Source: Lama glama
Taxonomy: Eukaryota
Assembly (NCBI GenBank): GCA_028534125.1
Contig: CM052818.1
Span: 37,884,001 to 37,948,000 of the forward strand
DNA length: 64,000 nucleotides
Reading direction: 5' to 3'
Part shown: positions 61,200 through 64,000 of the stretch, in pieces
Numbering within the stretch: the first letter of the stretch is position 1
Layout of the letters: each line of letters opens with the position of its first letter
The notes under the pieces: model-generated
The model's input: the letters and a program-made list of their open reading frames with translations, nothing else
Database searches by the model: none
Told to the model about the DNA's origin: nothing
Made by a program: the position numbers and the translations under genes

Positions 61200-64000
61200 G
61201 TCTCTGGTTTGTGGAAGCAGTAAGAACTAGATGAATTACAATTTGGGAATGAGAACTGCCTTGAAATAAACTGATAATGATTGCCATTCACTTTGTTTCC
61301 TGGGGTATTTTTCAGATCTGCTCATGCACTAAGTATTGAGCCAAGGAGAGGGACAACACTATGGGCCAGAAACACTAGCAAAGCTTTTGGGATGACACCA
61401 GGATAGAAAACTATGTTGGATGCTTCAGAGGACTCGGAGGCATGGCTTGCTTTTGCTACAACATATTTTCTGAATGTTGGGGTTGCATGGAAGGTGGGAA
61501 TATAAAGTTAACAGTTTTAAAGGTAAAAAGAAATTATCCACATCTCATTTTACTTGAGGAAAACAACAAAAGCTTCCAAAGGAAGGAGTCTACCTCAAAT
61601 ATTGTCGCTCTGCTTCTTAAGACATTACCAAGCTTTGAAGCTGTTCTGAGGTGGGAGGCTAAAGAAGTAAGCTATAAATCCCTGAAGGTGAAGAATAAAT
61701 CTCTGCAGTTTCCAAGACAAAGGAGACAAATATCCACAAGCCTTTCAATAAAAATCTTACGATAATAAATCCATAGGAACAGAAATAAACCGGAACTAGA
61801 CTGAATCTCTTTGAAACTGAAATCAAACCCAACACAGCTCAAACCTTGACTGAACAGAGGCCATCAGATCTTCTGTCTGCAATAACAACAAAAAAAGGAA
61901 AGAATCTCTGATGAAACATAATTATAGAAGCTTTTACTGTTCCTTTATTCACAATGTCTGGCATATCATCTAAATTATTAACTATGTAAAGAGGCAAGAC
62001 TATTTAATGGACCAAGACAAATATAAAATAATAGAAACCAACCCAAAGATGAAGCAGATCAGAGATTGATATGTTATGATCTCTGGGACAAATTATCACC
62101 AATGTCTCTTTTTATAAATAAAGTCTTCTTGGAACACAGCTGCGTTCATTTACTTATGTATCATCTATGGCTGCTTTTTTGCTACAATAGTGGTTGAGTA
62201 ATAAGACAGAGATCATGTAGACAACAAGCCTAAAGTTTTTGCTTTTCTGGCCCTTTACCGAGCAAGTCTTCCAACCTCTGGGGCATAATAGAGTTAACAG
62301 ATGGGGATTGTAAAATAAATGTTAATAATATTTTAAAGATACTAATGGAAAAGAAAGACAAAATAGATCAAATAAAGTAAAATTTTACCAGGAAATTGAA
62401 ATTTATTTTAAAAATAGATTAAATGTTTATTCTGGAACTTAGAAATACAACATCTGAACATAAGGATGGATAATTTTATGAGCAGATTGATCCCAGCAAA
62501 ATACAGGATTAATGAACTTGAAAACAGGTCATAGGAAAATATAAATTAAAGTACAAAAAGAATAAAATGCAAATATCAGATAAGAGCATAGGAGATGTGT
62601 GTCAAAAATATGCGTAATTGAAATTATATAAGAGGAAGAAAGAGAGAGGGCAAAAACAATATCTAAAGCCATACCACTTGAAAATTTTCCAAAACTACTG
62701 GAAGATATCTTCCCACAGACTCAATAATTTCTGAGAAACCTAAGAAGAATAAACTTAAGGGAAATCACAAGTTTGCACATCATAGAGAAGTTTCTTGAAA
62801 CCAAGTACAAAATAAAAACTTCAAAGGCAGTCAGAAAAAAAAAGACATTGTCTGACAAAACATCAGGCTTCTGAAGAGAAATAATGGAAGTCAGAAAACA
62901 ATGAAAAAACATCTTTGAAAGGATAAAAGAAAACAATTGTCAACTTAGTATCAGTTACCTAGCCAAATGTAACCTTCAGAATGAAAGTAAAGTAAATACA
63001 GTTCTCAGACAAAAAAAAAAAAAACCCACAAAAGCAAAACATAACTAAATTTGTCATCAGAGGAGATGCGCTAAAAGAAATATAAAAGTGAATTTTTCAG
63101 TAGAAAGAAAATGTTCCCAGATGAAAACAAGAAAATGTAGGAGTGAATGAAGAACACCAAAAAGGATAAAAGTACAACTAGAGATAAATGAATATTGATG
63201 GCACAAATAGATGTAATGTTGTGCGGACTGTCTGATATACTCAGAACTAAAATGCACACAGATACCGCTAGACAGAAATAATACTAAAATTGGAAAAGGA
63301 TAAAATGTGAAAATTTTCCAGCTATTTTAGCTGAATCAAGAAGTGATGAAACTGATTGTTTTTATTATATGCCAGTAAGTCGAAGAGGTACGTTGTTACT
63401 TCTAAGGTAATAACTAAAATAACAGTAAAATAATGTAAACTATCAAATAAACTAATTCTATTAAATGCAAATGGTTTAAATAATCTACCAAAATATTAAA
63501 GTTGTCAGATTGCATTAAAAGTTGAACATTCAACTATAAGGCACTTACAAAACACACACTCTAAGTAATATATGCAAAAAACAAAAAGTACAGATTAGGG
63601 CAAGACACACTCCTGGAGATATAAATATATATATTATCATTAGTATAAATGGATCAATCCCACAGAAATATAGCACAGTTCTAAATCTGTTTATCTCTAA
63701 AAAATAGCTTTATTAAAATCAGAGCAAGAATGAATACAGCTAAAATGAGAATCAGACCTACTAGCCATGCAGTGAAAGAGTTTGACACACCCCCTTGCAA
63801 TAGCTGATAAGACATTGGCAAGGATAGAGAAAATCTGAACAAACCAGTTAATGAACTGGACCTAACTAATACACATGTAACAATGCACCCAAAACCAGAA
63901 TTCTTTTTTTTTTTAAGTACATACGGGACATTTACCAAAATCAACTATATGTTGGATAATAGAGAGAGACTCTACGTTTAAAAATACTGAAATCATTCAG
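61200..64000 (+). mobile_element. Old L1 (L1M-type): 5' region, ORF1 and ORF2 endonuclease remnants, runs off the window
   Basis: ~63847-63960 translates to VNELDLTNTHVTMHPKPEFFFFLSTYGTFTKINYMLDN, homologous to the L1 endonuclease 'DLIDIYRTLHPK..EYTFFS..H.TYSKIDH'. 'aatgcaaatggtttaaat' (N-x-NGLN) at ~63465. A-rich decayed ORF1 over ~62300-63150. Confidence 0.85.
62060..62280 (+). mobile_element. MER58A-like hAT-Charlie element nested in the L1
   Basis: CAGAG...CTCTG termini; 'aaataaagtcttcttggaacacagc...tctatggctgct...gctacaa...aagcctaaa...tctggccctttac'. Confidence 0.85.

Overview
This is non-coding, repeat-rich mammalian genomic DNA, very likely camelid (alpaca/llama/camel). That inference rests on a tRNA-Ala-derived vic-1-type SINE at 35327-35439 and camelid/artiodactyl-style L1 3' ends. 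I found no recognisable host protein-coding exon, rRNA, genuine tRNA, known miRNA or CRISPR array. The only ORF-track peptides I recognise are decayed L2 reverse transcriptase and L1 ORF2 fragments. The window is a mosaic of old eutherian repeats (L2, MIR, L1M, MaLR/ERV LTRs, hAT-Charlie MERs), a few younger insertions with intact target-site duplications, and two assembly gaps, one flanked by a probably artefactual 350-bp duplication. The most interesting non-repeat signals are regulatory or structural: (1) a CpG/GC-rich, motif-dense block at ~49.9-50.9 kb; (2) a second octamer+RUNX block at ~9.8-10.2 kb sharing a 15-mer with it; (3) a recursive-splice-site-like motif at 8.2-8.3 kb on the minus strand; (4) an ATCAAT cluster at 47.6-47.9 kb; (5) an L2 tail-to-tail hairpin at 60.9 kb. 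I cannot support a claim of a new biological system; these are testable hypotheses. Repeat subfamily names come from remembered consensus sequences, and boundaries are approximate unless a TSD is given.
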